From positions 4,352,001-4,416,000 of the forward strand of contig OY776510.1 in the NCBI GenBank assembly GCA_963675665.1: 64,000 bases of DNA. Reading direction: 5' to 3'. Every line of letters starts with the position of its first letter. The stretch's first letter is position 1. Positions 37,810 to 47,930 of the stretch are shown one piece after another. This DNA comes from Spirochaetia bacterium (GTDB lineage Bacteria > Spirochaetota > Spirochaetia > UBA9216). A program made the position numbers and the translations under genes. The notes under the pieces are model-generated. The model saw nothing but the letters and a program-made list of their open reading frames with translations. It did not search any database and was not told the DNA's origin.

Positions 37810-39438
37810 TCAGCCGTTAAGCTCAGTAAAGAATTTCCTGTTTGCGTTATAAAGATTTTTGAATACCCGGTAATTACGTTCATAAACAACGGAGTACTTT
37901 TCATCCGGATGATAAACCCGCTCTATCTCAATAAGGGATTGAATATCATCAAATCCGCCCGTATTGCCAAGGCCTACGGCTGCAACGGCAGCTGCGCCCA
38001 ACGCACCGGAGTTTTGAGGTTCTTTGGGAACTTCTATCGTTCTGCCGAGGATATCAGCCAGAATCTGCGCATTTGTTTCCGACTGTGCGCCTCCGCCGAC
38101 AAAACGTATGGTCTCATTGCACGCAAACCTTGATTCAATGCTTTCCAGCATCCACCGGAGATTGAAACCGAGACCCTCTACTACCGCGCGGATAAGTTTT
38201 CTCTTGCCGGTGTTAAGGCCGATATTAAAAAACATCCCGCGGGCGTACGGATCCTCAAACGGCGAACGGCTTCCGTGAAGCCATGGTGTAAACAGCAAAC
38301 CTCCGCAGCCCGGTTCTGTTTCTGATACCACCTCGGAAAGCATCTTGAAAAGAGATTCATGCACCGATTCCTGATCATCAGCAGTCCGGGTCTCTTTTAA
38401 ATACAAACCTATTTCATCAAGAGCAAGATGCCGTGCAACCCAATCCATACACTTCCCTGCTGTCTCCTGTTCACAAAAATAATGATATTTTTCGGGAACC
38501 GCGCAGGTGATGGAGGCGATCATGTGTTTCAAATCAAGTCTGCGGCTTTCGGTGACTGCTGAAACCCAGCCGGAGGTTCCCATATAGATATGTATGTCGC
38601 GGTTATTAACGGCGCCTGCACCTATTCCGATAAGCGAAGCGTCTCCCCCGCCGCCGAAAACGGGGATATTTGCGGGAAGACCAAGTTCTGAAGCGGCCCG
38701 GGGAAGCAGTTCTCCGGCGCAATCAGTCGAATCAATTATTTCGGGGAGATGGCAGTGGTCCATACCGTACAGCCTGCATAATTCCCTGCTCCAGCAGCCC
38801 CTGCCGGGCCTGTTGTCATACATAAAAGTAGCCCCGGCGCTGTCGCGGGTCATAACCGCCCTTCCGGTCAGCTGCATTATCAGGTATTCTTTCACATCAA
38901 GATATTTATAAACCTTTCTGAAAATCTCGGGTTCATTTTCCCTGACCCAGTGATATTTCCAGAGCGGGTCCTTAACGCTGGTAGGAGCTATCCCGGTGAT
39001 GTGAATGGATCTGATTAATTTGAATAACGGCAGCCCGGCAACCTTTAACCCGGGTAACGGTAAACGCTTAAAACGGCTGCCGGCATTATTCCTCTGGGCT
39101 CCGGCCCTTCCGTCCAGATAGCTCATCGCCGGCCTGAGCGCTTTTCCGGATTCATCAACCAGCACAAGCCCCTGCATCTGGGAGCAGAACGAGATTCCCG
39201 CAACATTTTCAGCATTTATATCGCCATTACAGAATATTTTGCGGGTGGTCGAGACCATTGCATCATACCACTGCTGCGGGTCCTGTTCGGCAGCACCGCC
39301 TTCAGAGATTTGCAGATCATATTCTTCCGAGGAGCTTGCTTCAAGTTTCAGCTTGTTCCCCAGACTGTAGACACACGTTTTTAACGATGTTGTTCCTATA
39401 TCATATGCAAGAAGCAGCTTCGTTTTTTTTGCCGTCAT
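37810..39438 (-). CDS. FGGY family carbohydrate kinase (xylulokinase-like)
   Basis: AYDIGTTSLK, GGGDA, MGTSGW, PWLHGSRSP and VGGGAQS motifs. Confidence 0.92.
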   Translation of the reverse strand: MTAKKTKLLLAYDIGTTSLKTCVYSLGNKLKLEASSSEEYDLQISEGGAAEQDPQQWYDAMVSTTRKIFCNGDINAENVAGISFCSQMQGLVLVDESGKALRPAMSYLDGRAGAQRNNAGSRFKRLPLPGLKVAGLPLFKLIRSIHITGIAPTSVKDPLWKYHWVRENEPEIFRKVYKYLDVKEYLIMQLTGRAVMTRDSAGATFMYDNRPGRGCWSRELCRLYGMDHCHLPEIIDSTDCAGELLPRAASELGLPANIPVFGGGGDASLIGIGAGAVNNRDIHIYMGTSGWVSAVTESRRLDLKHMIASITCAVPEKYHYFCEQETAGKCMDWVARHLALDEIGLYLKETRTADDQESVHESLFKMLSEVVSETEPGCGGLLFTPWLHGSRSPFEDPYARGMFFNIGLNTGKRKLIRAVVEGLGFNLRWMLESIESRFACNETIRFVGGGAQSETNAQILADILGRTIEVPKEPQNSGALGAAAVAAVGLGNTGGFDDIQSLIEIERVYHPDEKYSVVYERNYRVFKNLYNANRKFFTELNG

Positions 39439-40103
39439 CTGCTCAGCTTCTCATCAATTCGGATCCTGGAATATTTGCGCAGATACACCTGATGCATCAA
39501 CGCAGCCTCAAATCTATTAATTTTTTTTGCCCCGCCGAGGAATTCCGCCTCTATAAATGCCTTACAGCCTTTTTCAAGGACCTCACAGCATACAAAAACT
39601 TCTTCAATATCCCGGCCCACACAGATAGCGCCATGATTTGCCATAAGGGCAGCGTTTCTGCCCCGTAAAGCCTTTAACGTTGTTTTTACAATCTTTTTTG
39701 TCCCCGGCAGGGCATAATCAGCACATCTGACGGTAGGTCCGATAATTTGCGCAAGATCATCCAGGACGGGAGGGACCTCCCTGCGGGCGGCTGCGACTAC
39801 CGAAGCATTGGTACTGTGTGTATGCACAACAGCATTTATTTCCCTGCGCGACTGATAAACAGCAGCGTGCAGATTTTTTTCGCTTGACGGTTTTTTCCCG
39901 TCCCAGGTGCCGTCAATAATATTTACGATAGTAATGTCGTCGCAAGTCAGGCTGATATATTCACCTCCGGACGGAGTTATAGCCATATAGTTATCATCAA
40001 TTCTTACGCTGATATTACCCCAGGTACCGGCAGTCAGTCCTGCATCGACAAGCCTCAGTCCCGCGTCCCTGACCTTTTTTCTGGCTTCATCCCTGGTCAT
40101 CAC
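39435..40103 (-). CDS. Class II aldolase/epimerase (FucA/AraD family)
   Basis: GTWGNISVR, ITPSG, PSSE, VVHTHS and ANHG motifs. Confidence 0.92.
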   Translation of the reverse strand: MMTRDEARKKVRDAGLRLVDAGLTAGTWGNISVRIDDNYMAITPSGGEYISLTCDDITIVNIIDGTWDGKKPSSEKNLHAAVYQSRREINAVVHTHSTNASVVAAARREVPPVLDDLAQIIGPTVRCADYALPGTKKIVKTTLKALRGRNAALMANHGAICVGRDIEEVFVCCEVLEKGCKAFIEAEFLGGAKKINRFEAALMHQVYLRKYSRIRIDEKLSR

Positions 40104-40120
40104 CTTCTCCCTGATCTTTT

Positions 40121-41584
40121 CTATTGTACCTTAACTTTTGAAAATACCCTGTCGAAGCCTGCAAGCGCATCATCGATTATTTCATCAGTATCAGCAGCAC
40201 TTGTATAAAGCCTGCTACCGGCAAGAGTAATTATACCTTCAGCAGTATATGCCGCGCCGAAACTTTCCATTGCCTCTTTACGGGCATGCGCCTGGCGGAT
40301 TGTATCCTTAATCTTCCAGAACCTCTTGATATCGATATCAAGCAGCATTGCAGCTCCTGTTTCCAGATGACAGATTGCCCCCTGATTAAAAGCTACATAA
40401 GGCAGCCGGTATTTGCTGATGATATTCTTAAGCCCTGCCGTCAACCGGTCGGCGGCCTTTCCCGCTTTCACGCATGCATCAGTTTTTTCCATTTCACACA
40501 AAGTAAAATATCCTGCCGCCGCCGACAGCGGGTTGGCAGCCATTGTACCGCCGATAAGTGCTTTTTTGACTTTTGATCCCGCTTCAATTCCGGCGGCAAG
40601 ATATTTCATATATTCCCGCCTTCCACCAAGCCCGCCTGCAGACGGATACCCGCCTGCCACAACCTTTCCAAAAACCGTCAGATCAGGTTTGACATCAAAA
40701 TATCCCTGGGCACCGGCAAGACCTATTCTGAAGGCAGTTACTACCTCGTCGAAAATCAACAGCGCACCGTACTTGTCGCACAGCCGGCGGACTTCACTGT
40801 TAAACCCCGGAGATAAAGGCCGTGTGCCGCTTTCGGGACCAACGGGTTCTATAATTACAGCAGCCGTACCGCCGCGCAGCCGGTTCCGTTTCAGGATTCG
40901 TTCAAGGCTGACGGTATCATCAGGATAAAACTCACGGGTATATCTGAACATTTGCCGCGGAACGCCGTGAGCTTCCAGATGCATGGTCCCCGGCAACCGG
41001 ATACCGTAGGCAAGCTGATCGCTCCACCCGTGGTATGCGCCTCCCATTTTGACAATATTCTTCTTTTTTGTTGCAAGCCGGGCTACCCGTATTGCAGCCA
41101 TACATGATTCGGTACCGCTGCCGAGCATTCTGAAAAAATCAACAGAAGGTATCAGCTTTGTAATCTTTTCAGCCAGTTTGAATTCATATTCATGGAAAAG
41201 CCCGGTACATGGCCCGGTTTCATTCAGCAGCTTGATGACCTGCGTTCTGACCTCAGGAGGATTACTTCCAAGAACTGTCGGACCGCCCGCCTGCAGGAAA
41301 TCAATATACCTGTTTCCGTCCACATCCCAAAGATACGCTCCTTCGGCTTTTTCAACAGCAAGCGGAAACGGGTAATTGAAAGCGAGGTTGTGCTGAACTC
41401 CGCCGGGAATTATCTGTCTGGCTTTATCTGTCATAGCCTTCGAGCGAGAACATTTCTGTTCAAAATATTCCAGGACTTTTTCCATTTTATCTTCGGGTAT
41501 TGCAAGCAGGGTTCCCGACACAAGCTCTTTCAGCTGCTTTGTAACCTCAGCAGCATCAGGGTAACTTGAAATTGAATAGCTCAT
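40121..41584 (-). CDS. Class III PLP aminotransferase, HemL/GSA-aminomutase-like
   Basis: SGTES, YHGW, FDEVVTAFR, PLP-lysine FGKVVAGGYP and GTMAANP motifs. Confidence 0.88.
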   Translation of the reverse strand: MSYSISSYPDAAEVTKQLKELVSGTLLAIPEDKMEKVLEYFEQKCSRSKAMTDKARQIIPGGVQHNLAFNYPFPLAVEKAEGAYLWDVDGNRYIDFLQAGGPTVLGSNPPEVRTQVIKLLNETGPCTGLFHEYEFKLAEKITKLIPSVDFFRMLGSGTESCMAAIRVARLATKKKNIVKMGGAYHGWSDQLAYGIRLPGTMHLEAHGVPRQMFRYTREFYPDDTVSLERILKRNRLRGGTAAVIIEPVGPESGTRPLSPGFNSEVRRLCDKYGALLIFDEVVTAFRIGLAGAQGYFDVKPDLTVFGKVVAGGYPSAGGLGGRREYMKYLAAGIEAGSKVKKALIGGTMAANPLSAAAGYFTLCEMEKTDACVKAGKAADRLTAGLKNIISKYRLPYVAFNQGAICHLETGAAMLLDIDIKRFWKIKDTIRQAHARKEAMESFGAAYTAEGIITLAGSRLYTSAADTDEIIDDALAGFDRVFSKVKVQ

Positions 41585-41607
41585 GGGTTCCTCATATCTA
41601 AAAAAAT

Positions 41608-41633
41608 AAAAAGTGAGTACATACTCACTTTTT
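41608..41633. promoter_or_regulatory. TetR-type operator
   Basis: AAAAAGTGAGTA-CA-TACTCACTTTTT has perfect 12-bp arms and sits immediately downstream of the -10. Confidence 0.8.
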
Positions 41634-41634
41634 C

Positions 41635-41662
41635 AGTATACCACAGATAACAGATATGTCAA
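41635..41662 (-). promoter_or_regulatory. Sigma70 promoter of the aminotransferase operon
   Basis: Reverse strand TTGACA-N16-TATACT with extended TGn. Confidence 0.75.
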
Positions 41663-41689
41663 TTTAAAACCTCAGAACACCATAAATTA

Positions 41690-42334
41690 TCATGCCTGAA
41701 GAGCCCGGCGAATAAAAGCCATTGTAGTCCGCAGAACCCGCTCATCATCATCAAGGATATCCGGCGAGACGTAAACCTTCATTCTTTCCCGGTAAAACTC
41801 TGATGCGTATGAAAACTGCAACGACATAAAAAGATTGTCGATACAAAATGCAGCCATGTGATCATCAACATCAGCAGCGATTTCTCCATTCTCACGCGCC
41901 GTTCTGATTAGTTTTGAATAATACTCGGCTGATAGAGTTTCCATCTCATAAGAAAGTTTGGCTGCAAGTTCCCGGTTACCCTGTGTTGTTACCTCGTTAT
42001 ACAGATGAATCGTGTCCGGGTTATTACGTGAATGCTGCTGTATAACCTTTATTATCTGCTCAACTTTGTCAAAAAAACCGCCTTCAATTCTGTCTATATT
42101 CTCAAGCGATGCTTTCAGCGTTTTCACTGGCAGAGAACATATCATTAAAAACAGATTTTCCTTTGTTCCGAAATATTTATATAATGCGCCGACACTCACA
42201 CCGCATTTTTCAGCAATAATATTTATATTAGCCGCCCTGTATCCGAGCGACGCAAACTCTCCTGATGCTATGTTCAGTATTCTTTCCTGCTTTTCCCGTG
42301 AAAGCCGTTCAAACAGCGGTTTACAATATTTCAT
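41690..42334 (-). CDS. TetR/AcrR family regulator
   Basis: HTH IAEKCGVSVGALYKYFGTKENLF. Confidence 0.92.
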   Translation of the reverse strand: MKYCKPLFERLSREKQERILNIASGEFASLGYRAANINIIAEKCGVSVGALYKYFGTKENLFLMICSLPVKTLKASLENIDRIEGGFFDKVEQIIKVIQQHSRNNPDTIHLYNEVTTQGNRELAAKLSYEMETLSAEYYSKLIRTARENGEIAADVDDHMAAFCIDNLFMSLQFSYASEFYRERMKVYVSPDILDDDERVLRTTMAFIRRALQA

Positions 42335-42446
42335 ATGGGAAATAATAACATAAACAAATAAAAACTGTCACCAATATAATAAATTGATTGAAAAATCCAA
42401 CAATTGTGTTACATTGTAATCAACAATCCAAAACAAAGGTGTAAAA

Positions 42447-44522
42447 ATGCTTTCTCCCGTAATCAAAATAATTGAAGAAAAATGCAACAATTGTCATATG
42501 TGTATCTCAGTCTGTCCAGTAAAATTCTGCATTGACGGTTCAGGAGATAAAGTACGTGTAAACCATGATCTCTGTATCGGCTGTGCCAGCTGCATTGACG
42601 TATGCTCGCAGAATGCCCGTGAAAAAATTGATGATACATATGAAGCGTTTACTGCAATTAGAAAACGAGAGAAAGTTGTTGCTGTTGCTGCACCGGCATT
42701 TATCAGCAGCTTCGATGAAATGCACCGTAATGTGATAGGCTGGTTGAAAGAAAAAGGTGTTGATGCAGTATTTGATGTCAGCTTCGGAGCCGAACTTACA
42801 GTTAAAAGTTATCTTGAATTTATCAAAAAAAATAACCCGAGAATGGTTATCGCCCAACCCTGCCCTACAATCGTCAGTTACATTGAAATATATAAGCCCG
42901 AACTTCTTCCAATGCTTGCTCCGGCCGACAGTCCGATGCTTCATACTGTCAAAATGATAAAAACCTTTTATCCGGAATATAGAAATCACAAAGTAATAGT
43001 TATCTCACCATGTATTTCCAAGCGCAGGGAATTTGATGCCACAGGATACGCTGATTTTAATGTAACAATTGCCGAACTTACAAAAGTTCTTAAGAAAGAG
43101 AACGTCAACCTCGCATCGATCCGACCCCGGGATTTTGATAATCCTTCCCCGGAAAGGGCCGCTCTTTTTTCTTCACCAGGGGGACTGATGAAAACAGTTC
43201 TAAGAGAGAAACCGGAACTTGAAGACAGGATCAGGAAAATTGAAGGCCCTTCGGAAATTTATGATTACCTGGAAAATTTACCGAAATCACTCAAAAAAGG
43301 AACTAACCCGCTTATTGTCGATTGTCTTAACTGTTCAAAAGGCTGCAACGGCGGCCCGGGTACTTTAAACAGGGACACACCGATTGATGATCTTGAACAT
43401 ATTATAAGATCCAGAACTGACGAGTTGAAAAAAAAGTATAAATCAGGGCTGACAGGAAAAACCCTGACAGGTAAAATTGACGCTCTTCTTAAAAAGTACT
43501 GGAAGGAGGGTCTTTATAACCGAAGCTACAGTAACAAATCCGGCAATCTGAAAATCTCTATTCCTGATCAAAAACAACTCGGAATAATCTATAATGATCT
43601 GTTAAAAGAAAAAGAAGAAGATTTCCTGAACTGTGCCGCATGCGGTTACAATTCATGTGAAAAAATGGCTATTGCCATTTTTAATAATCTGAATAAAGCT
43701 GAAAATTGTCACCATTACAAAAACAGAATAATTCAAATTGATAAAGAGAAAATAAATTCGATAAACATTCAGCTTAAAAACAAAATTAACCACTGTGAAA
43801 ACCTTATTTCCGACATCTCAAATTCATTGACAATGGTAAACTCAAATATGGATGATCAGAGCAGTTCTCTCGGAACGTCCTCCACATCGGTTGAACAAAT
43901 GCTTAATTCTTTCAATTCCATCTCCGAAAACTTCTCTTCACAAAGTATAAGACTTGAAGAACTTATAACTAAAGCGCAAAACGGAGAACGGGAAATGAAA
44001 ATCAACTCTGAAGCAATCAGGAAAATTACTGATGATATCGGAAGTATTGGTAAAATGATTGTAATGATAGACGATATATCCCAGAGAACCAATCTTCTTT
44101 CAATGAATGCCGCAATTGAGGCCGCCCATGCAGGCAACACCGGCCGCGGATTTGCTGTGGTTGCATCAGAAATTAAAAAGCTGGCCCATAATACAGCTGA
44201 AAAAGCAAAAGAGGCTGAAACTTCTCTTAAAAAAATAATTAAAGAGACAAACACAACCGGCAGCAGTTATGAAAATACTTCTGAACTGATAATCGATATC
44301 ATCTCAAATATTCTTGAACTTACAAATGCAATGAGCAACCTGCTGGAGGATGTCAATCAGCTGACCATAGGCAGCTCGGAGATCATGAATTCGATTACAA
44401 CCCTTAAAACTGATAACCAGAAGGTTGTTGACTCCACATCTAAAATCGGAGGACACATCAATCAGCTTCACGGGAACATGTCGGAGCTGGTTGCCATTGC
44501 TGCCGGGCATGCGGATGACTGA
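42447..44522 (+). CDS. Soluble chemoreceptor: 2x[4Fe-4S], [FeFe]-hydrogenase-like domain, FeS domain and MCP signalling domain
   Basis: [12 protein letters not shown] and [11 protein letters not shown]; [14 protein letters not shown] and [12 protein letters not shown]; CAACGYNSC; [16 protein letters not shown]; no TM helices. Confidence 0.88.
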   Translation: MLSPVIKIIEEKCNNCHMCISVCPVKFCIDGSGDKVRVNHDLCIGCASCIDVCSQNAREKIDDTYEAFTAIRKREKVVAVAAPAFISSFDEMHRNVIGWLKEKGVDAVFDVSFGAELTVKSYLEFIKKNNPRMVIAQPCPTIVSYIEIYKPELLPMLAPADSPMLHTVKMIKTFYPEYRNHKVIVISPCISKRREFDATGYADFNVTIAELTKVLKKENVNLASIRPRDFDNPSPERAALFSSPGGLMKTVLREKPELEDRIRKIEGPSEIYDYLENLPKSLKKGTNPLIVDCLNCSKGCNGGPGTLNRDTPIDDLEHIIRSRTDELKKKYKSGLTGKTLTGKIDALLKKYWKEGLYNRSYSNKSGNLKISIPDQKQLGIIYNDLLKEKEEDFLNCAACGYNSCEKMAIAIFNNLNKAENCHHYKNRIIQIDKEKINSINIQLKNKINHCENLISDISNSLTMVNSNMDDQSSSLGTSSTSVEQMLNSFNSISENFSSQSIRLEELITKAQNGEREMKINSEAIRKITDDIGSIGKMIVMIDDISQRTNLLSMNAAIEAAHAGNTGRGFAVVASEIKKLAHNTAEKAKEAETSLKKIIKETNTTGSSYENTSELIIDIISNILELTNAMSNLLEDVNQLTIGSSEIMNSITTLKTDNQKVVDSTSKIGGHINQLHGNMSELVAIAAGHADD

Positions 44523-44530
44523 GAATTTGT

Positions 44531-45466
44531 TTAATAACCGGGGATTATATTTTTAGAACTGCTTTTTTCTCTTTGAAGCGCCAGTTTTAAATTCCCTTTT
44601 GCATTATTCATTATCTCTTTTGCTTCCTCCGCATCTACTTTTAATTTCCACATAATCAAAGCAAGGGCGGCATTATTGTCAGTTTTCTCAAGATATTCGG
44701 ATGCTTCCCGTTCCGTAATGCCGGTAGCGCTGATTAATGCTTTCTTTACCCGTTCAACCAATTTCGCATTGGAAATTTCCACGCAAATCATCAGGTTTTT
44801 ATAAACACGACCCAACTTGATCATTACCCCCATTGAAATCATATTTATAACCATTTTCTGTGCTGTTCCGGCTTTATAAACTGTTGCGCCGGCTAAAACC
44901 TCAGGCCCAACGATAACACATATGGTTTTATCGACAATCATGCTTAAAACTGATTCTTTATTGTTAACCAAAGCAATAGTCAAACAACCTGTTTTTTTAG
45001 CGTATTTAACACCGGACACAACATATGGAGTACTTCCGGATGATGATATACCGACAACAGCATCACGCGACGTCAGATTTAACTTTTTCAATTCCTTAAT
45101 AATCTCTTCGGTATCATCTTCAACTCCGGTTATTACACGATAAACGGCTTCAGGTCCGCCGGCCAGAACTCCCTGAACCATATCGTATGGAACGTTAAAA
45201 TACGGAGCTACCTCTGAAGCATCTACAACACCCAGGCGTCCGCTTGTTCCGCCACCGATATAAATCAACCTTCCGCCTTCATCAAACTTGTCAGTTATAC
45301 TGTCTATGGCAACAGCAATATTCTCAAGTTCATTCCCGATTGCTGCCGGTATTTTATAATCTTCCTTGTTTATCATCCTGACAATATCAATTGTTTTTGA
45401 ACTATCAATATCTTCAGTTTCAGGATTAATCGACTCGCTTAAATACTGTTCTATTTCAAAACTCAT
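44531..45466 (-). CDS. murQ: MurQ-family (SIS) sugar-phosphate etherase, divergent
   Basis: GGRLIYIGGGTSGRLGVVDASE, GVEDD, SGSTPYV, GPEVLAG, KAGTAQKMV and GRVYKNLM motifs. The symbol denotes the family only. Confidence 0.8.
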   Translation of the reverse strand: MSFEIEQYLSESINPETEDIDSSKTIDIVRMINKEDYKIPAAIGNELENIAVAIDSITDKFDEGGRLIYIGGGTSGRLGVVDASEVAPYFNVPYDMVQGVLAGGPEAVYRVITGVEDDTEEIIKELKKLNLTSRDAVVGISSSGSTPYVVSGVKYAKKTGCLTIALVNNKESVLSMIVDKTICVIVGPEVLAGATVYKAGTAQKMVINMISMGVMIKLGRVYKNLMICVEISNAKLVERVKKALISATGITEREASEYLEKTDNNAALALIMWKLKVDAEEAKEIMNNAKGNLKLALQREKSSSKNIIPGY

Positions 45467-45999
45467 ATTAATTCCTGCAAAGCTGATAACGGGAGGGCTC
45501 TATCCTTCAGCTCTTTAATAATCAACCCTGTTACCCATGAGGCAGCTGTTCCTACAACATCAGTACACTTGCTTTCATGTGCTCCATTGTTATTAAACTG
45601 CTCTTTTTCTTCGGGATTTAAAAGATTGTATGTTCTGCCGAATATTCTCTTATGTATATCTTTACAAATTACAGTATTGTATTTTTCAATAAATTTTTCA
45701 TGAAGCGATACAGCCATTCTGAATGCACACCTTTTTTCAAATTCATCATCATCAAAATAGTCCCTTCTCCTGCCGAAGAGCATGCTCATCAATATAATAC
45801 CACCTGAATAACCGCCGCATATACCGTCACATAAAAGACCGCAGCCTGCACCTAATCCGCAAGCAGATTTGAACACCAGATCATTTCTGATATTCAAGGT
45901 GTCCTGAACTGCAGCTACAGTGCACTGTGCACATCCTCTGAATTCTTTTTCATATTTGTACCCCAGAGTATATGCCTGCTCAATCAACTTATTCATCAT
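45463..45999 (-). CDS. C_GCAxxG_C_C family putative redox protein
   Basis: GCAQC, GLGAG, ICGGYSG, VICKDI and KC motifs. Confidence 0.85.
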   Translation of the reverse strand: MMNKLIEQAYTLGYKYEKEFRGCAQCTVAAVQDTLNIRNDLVFKSACGLGAGCGLLCDGICGGYSGGIILMSMLFGRRRDYFDDDEFEKRCAFRMAVSLHEKFIEKYNTVICKDIHKRIFGRTYNLLNPEEKEQFNNNGAHESKCTDVVGTAASWVTGLIIKELKDRALPLSALQELI

Positions 46000-46012
46000 C
46001 CCTGCTCCGCAA

Positions 46013-47050
46013 TTAAAATTTTAAAACGGTCCTGTAATTATCAGTTCCCATCGACTCCTTAAAAGCTTCTTCTATCTCATCAAAAGGGAATATCTTACTA
46101 ACCAGCGGAGAAGGATCAATAATTCCTTCTGAAAGCATATTTATCGCAATCTGAAAATCATGTGAATTTGAATTTGCCGAACCGGTTATGTTGACCATTT
46201 TTTTATGCAACCAGTTCGGATCAATCTGAATCGGTTCTTTTGGATATATTGAACTGTAGAATGATACAGTGCCAAGCGGCGCTGCCATTTCGATTGATTG
46301 CTTCGCAACCTCAAGTAAAGCGGTTGCATCAATTACCGCATCAGCACCTCTGCCGTCAGTCAAGTCCTTAATTTTCTCTACAGGGTTATCATTTCCCGGA
46401 TCAATCACAAAATCAGCACCCAAAGCTTCTGCAAAATCCCTTCTTCTTTTATCCGGTTCACTCACAACGACCCTCAGACCCTTTTTTTGAAGTATAAGAA
46501 GATGCAGGATGCCCATGGTTCCGGCCCCTATTATCAATACATTTTCCGCTTTTTCGAGATTTATTTTCTCTATACTGTGTATTACGCAAGATAAAGGCTC
46601 AGTAAATGCTCCGATTGCATCATCAATGTGATTCGAAGCTTTGAACAGATTCCCCGGAGAAACAGCAAGGTATTCGCTGAATCCTCCTGTTCCCGCATAA
46701 GGCAATCCGCCGACCTTTTTATTATAATTATGATTTGAACAAATTCCATGCTCTCCGATCCTGCAGTAATGACAATTACCGCACATTGATAATAGACCGA
46801 TAGCGACTTTATCCCCTATCCGCCATTCTTTCCCATCGATATTGCTTCCGATTTGTTCTATTACGCCGAACATCTCATGACCGCCGACAAACGGGAATTC
46901 AACTTTATTGATACCGCTGAATGCACGCTGATCCCAGGTACAAATCGCACAGGCTTTTAATTTAATTAATATCTCATTACCCCGGGGGACAGGCCTCTTC
47001 AGAGATACAATTTCTATTTTATTTATATCCGATAGCAATGCAACTTTCAT
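46013..47050 (-). CDS. Zn-dependent (MDR) polyol/sugar dehydrogenase
   Basis: ICTWD, GHE, CGNCHYC...C and GAGTMG motifs. Confidence 0.92.
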   Translation of the reverse strand: MKVALLSDINKIEIVSLKRPVPRGNEILIKLKACAICTWDQRAFSGINKVEFPFVGGHEMFGVIEQIGSNIDGKEWRIGDKVAIGLLSMCGNCHYCRIGEHGICSNHNYNKKVGGLPYAGTGGFSEYLAVSPGNLFKASNHIDDAIGAFTEPLSCVIHSIEKINLEKAENVLIIGAGTMGILHLLILQKKGLRVVVSEPDKRRRDFAEALGADFVIDPGNDNPVEKIKDLTDGRGADAVIDATALLEVAKQSIEMAAPLGTVSFYSSIYPKEPIQIDPNWLHKKMVNITGSANSNSHDFQIAINMLSEGIIDPSPLVSKIFPFDEIEEAFKESMGTDNYRTVLKF

Positions 47051-47053
47051 TTT

Positions 47054-47842
47054 TTATATAATCTTTAAAGCTGATTCAACGCTATAGTCTTCATGTATTA
47101 TCTTTGAAATGGCCAAACACAGAGTTTCAATTGATTCGTGCCGCCAGATATTTCTGCCGATTGTAACACCTGCAGCTCCGGCATCCATGGCATTTTTCAC
47201 CATTGTTAACAATTCTTTATCTTCTCTTGAACTGCCGCCGCCGAGTACCAATACCGGTTTATAACAGTTTTCAATAACTTCTTTGAACGATTCGGCATCA
47301 CCGGCAAAGGGAGATTTTATAAAATCAGCACCATATTCAGCACCAAGCCGGTTTGCAAAAGAAATATTCTCAAGTGTTTTCAAATCATCATTAATAAAGC
47401 CTCCGGGTACCATTTCGGCACCAAAAACAAGCCCCCACTTCTTGCAGTCCGATGCAAGTCTCGATAGATTTTCGATCATTCTATCTTCGCGTTGGAGTCC
47501 AGGGAACCCCATACACATAACACCGTCTGCTCCAACTTTAACGGCATCTTCAACAGAAAAAGTTAATGTCACATCATCCATTATTTTCCCGCCTGGATGC
47601 AATATACCTGTTCCGCCGTCAAGTCGCAGAATAAGCCCGGCGTTGCCTATTTCTTTCTGAAAATTCCCGGCAACCCCGAATGTTGTGAGGATAGCATCAA
47701 CACCACCCTTTATTGATTTCCGAATAACCTCTGCGGGATTTTTCAAACCGCAATCAGACACTTCCATCAGCATCGCATGGTCCATTGCCAGCACAAAAGC
47801 CCTGTTGTCTTCCTTAAAAATATTGTTCCATCTTCGTTTCAT
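47054..47842 (-). CDS. Class I DhnA/LsrF-type aldolase
   Basis: LAMDH, Schiff-base Lys in GADFIKS, LGG and GRNIW motifs. Confidence 0.88.
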   Translation of the reverse strand: MKRRWNNIFKEDNRAFVLAMDHAMLMEVSDCGLKNPAEVIRKSIKGGVDAILTTFGVAGNFQKEIGNAGLILRLDGGTGILHPGGKIMDDVTLTFSVEDAVKVGADGVMCMGFPGLQREDRMIENLSRLASDCKKWGLVFGAEMVPGGFINDDLKTLENISFANRLGAEYGADFIKSPFAGDAESFKEVIENCYKPVLVLGGGSSREDKELLTMVKNAMDAGAAGVTIGRNIWRHESIETLCLAISKIIHEDYSVESALKII

Positions 47843-47875
47843 TATTAACCTCGGAATCTTTCCAATTGCAAAATA

Positions 47876-47919
47876 ATACTCCGGTTAAAAACAGACTACG
47901 TGATAATTAACCGGAGTAT
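47876..47919 (-). other. Intercistronic stem-loop after the binding-protein gene
   Basis: ATACTCCGGTTAA-N18-TTAACCGGAGTAT, 13-bp arms. Confidence 0.6.
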
Positions 47920-47930
47920 CTCATTAATGT

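Noticed and set aside
40121-41584. Calling this gene hemL
   Set aside because: The N-terminal substrate motif differs and the context is sugar catabolism.
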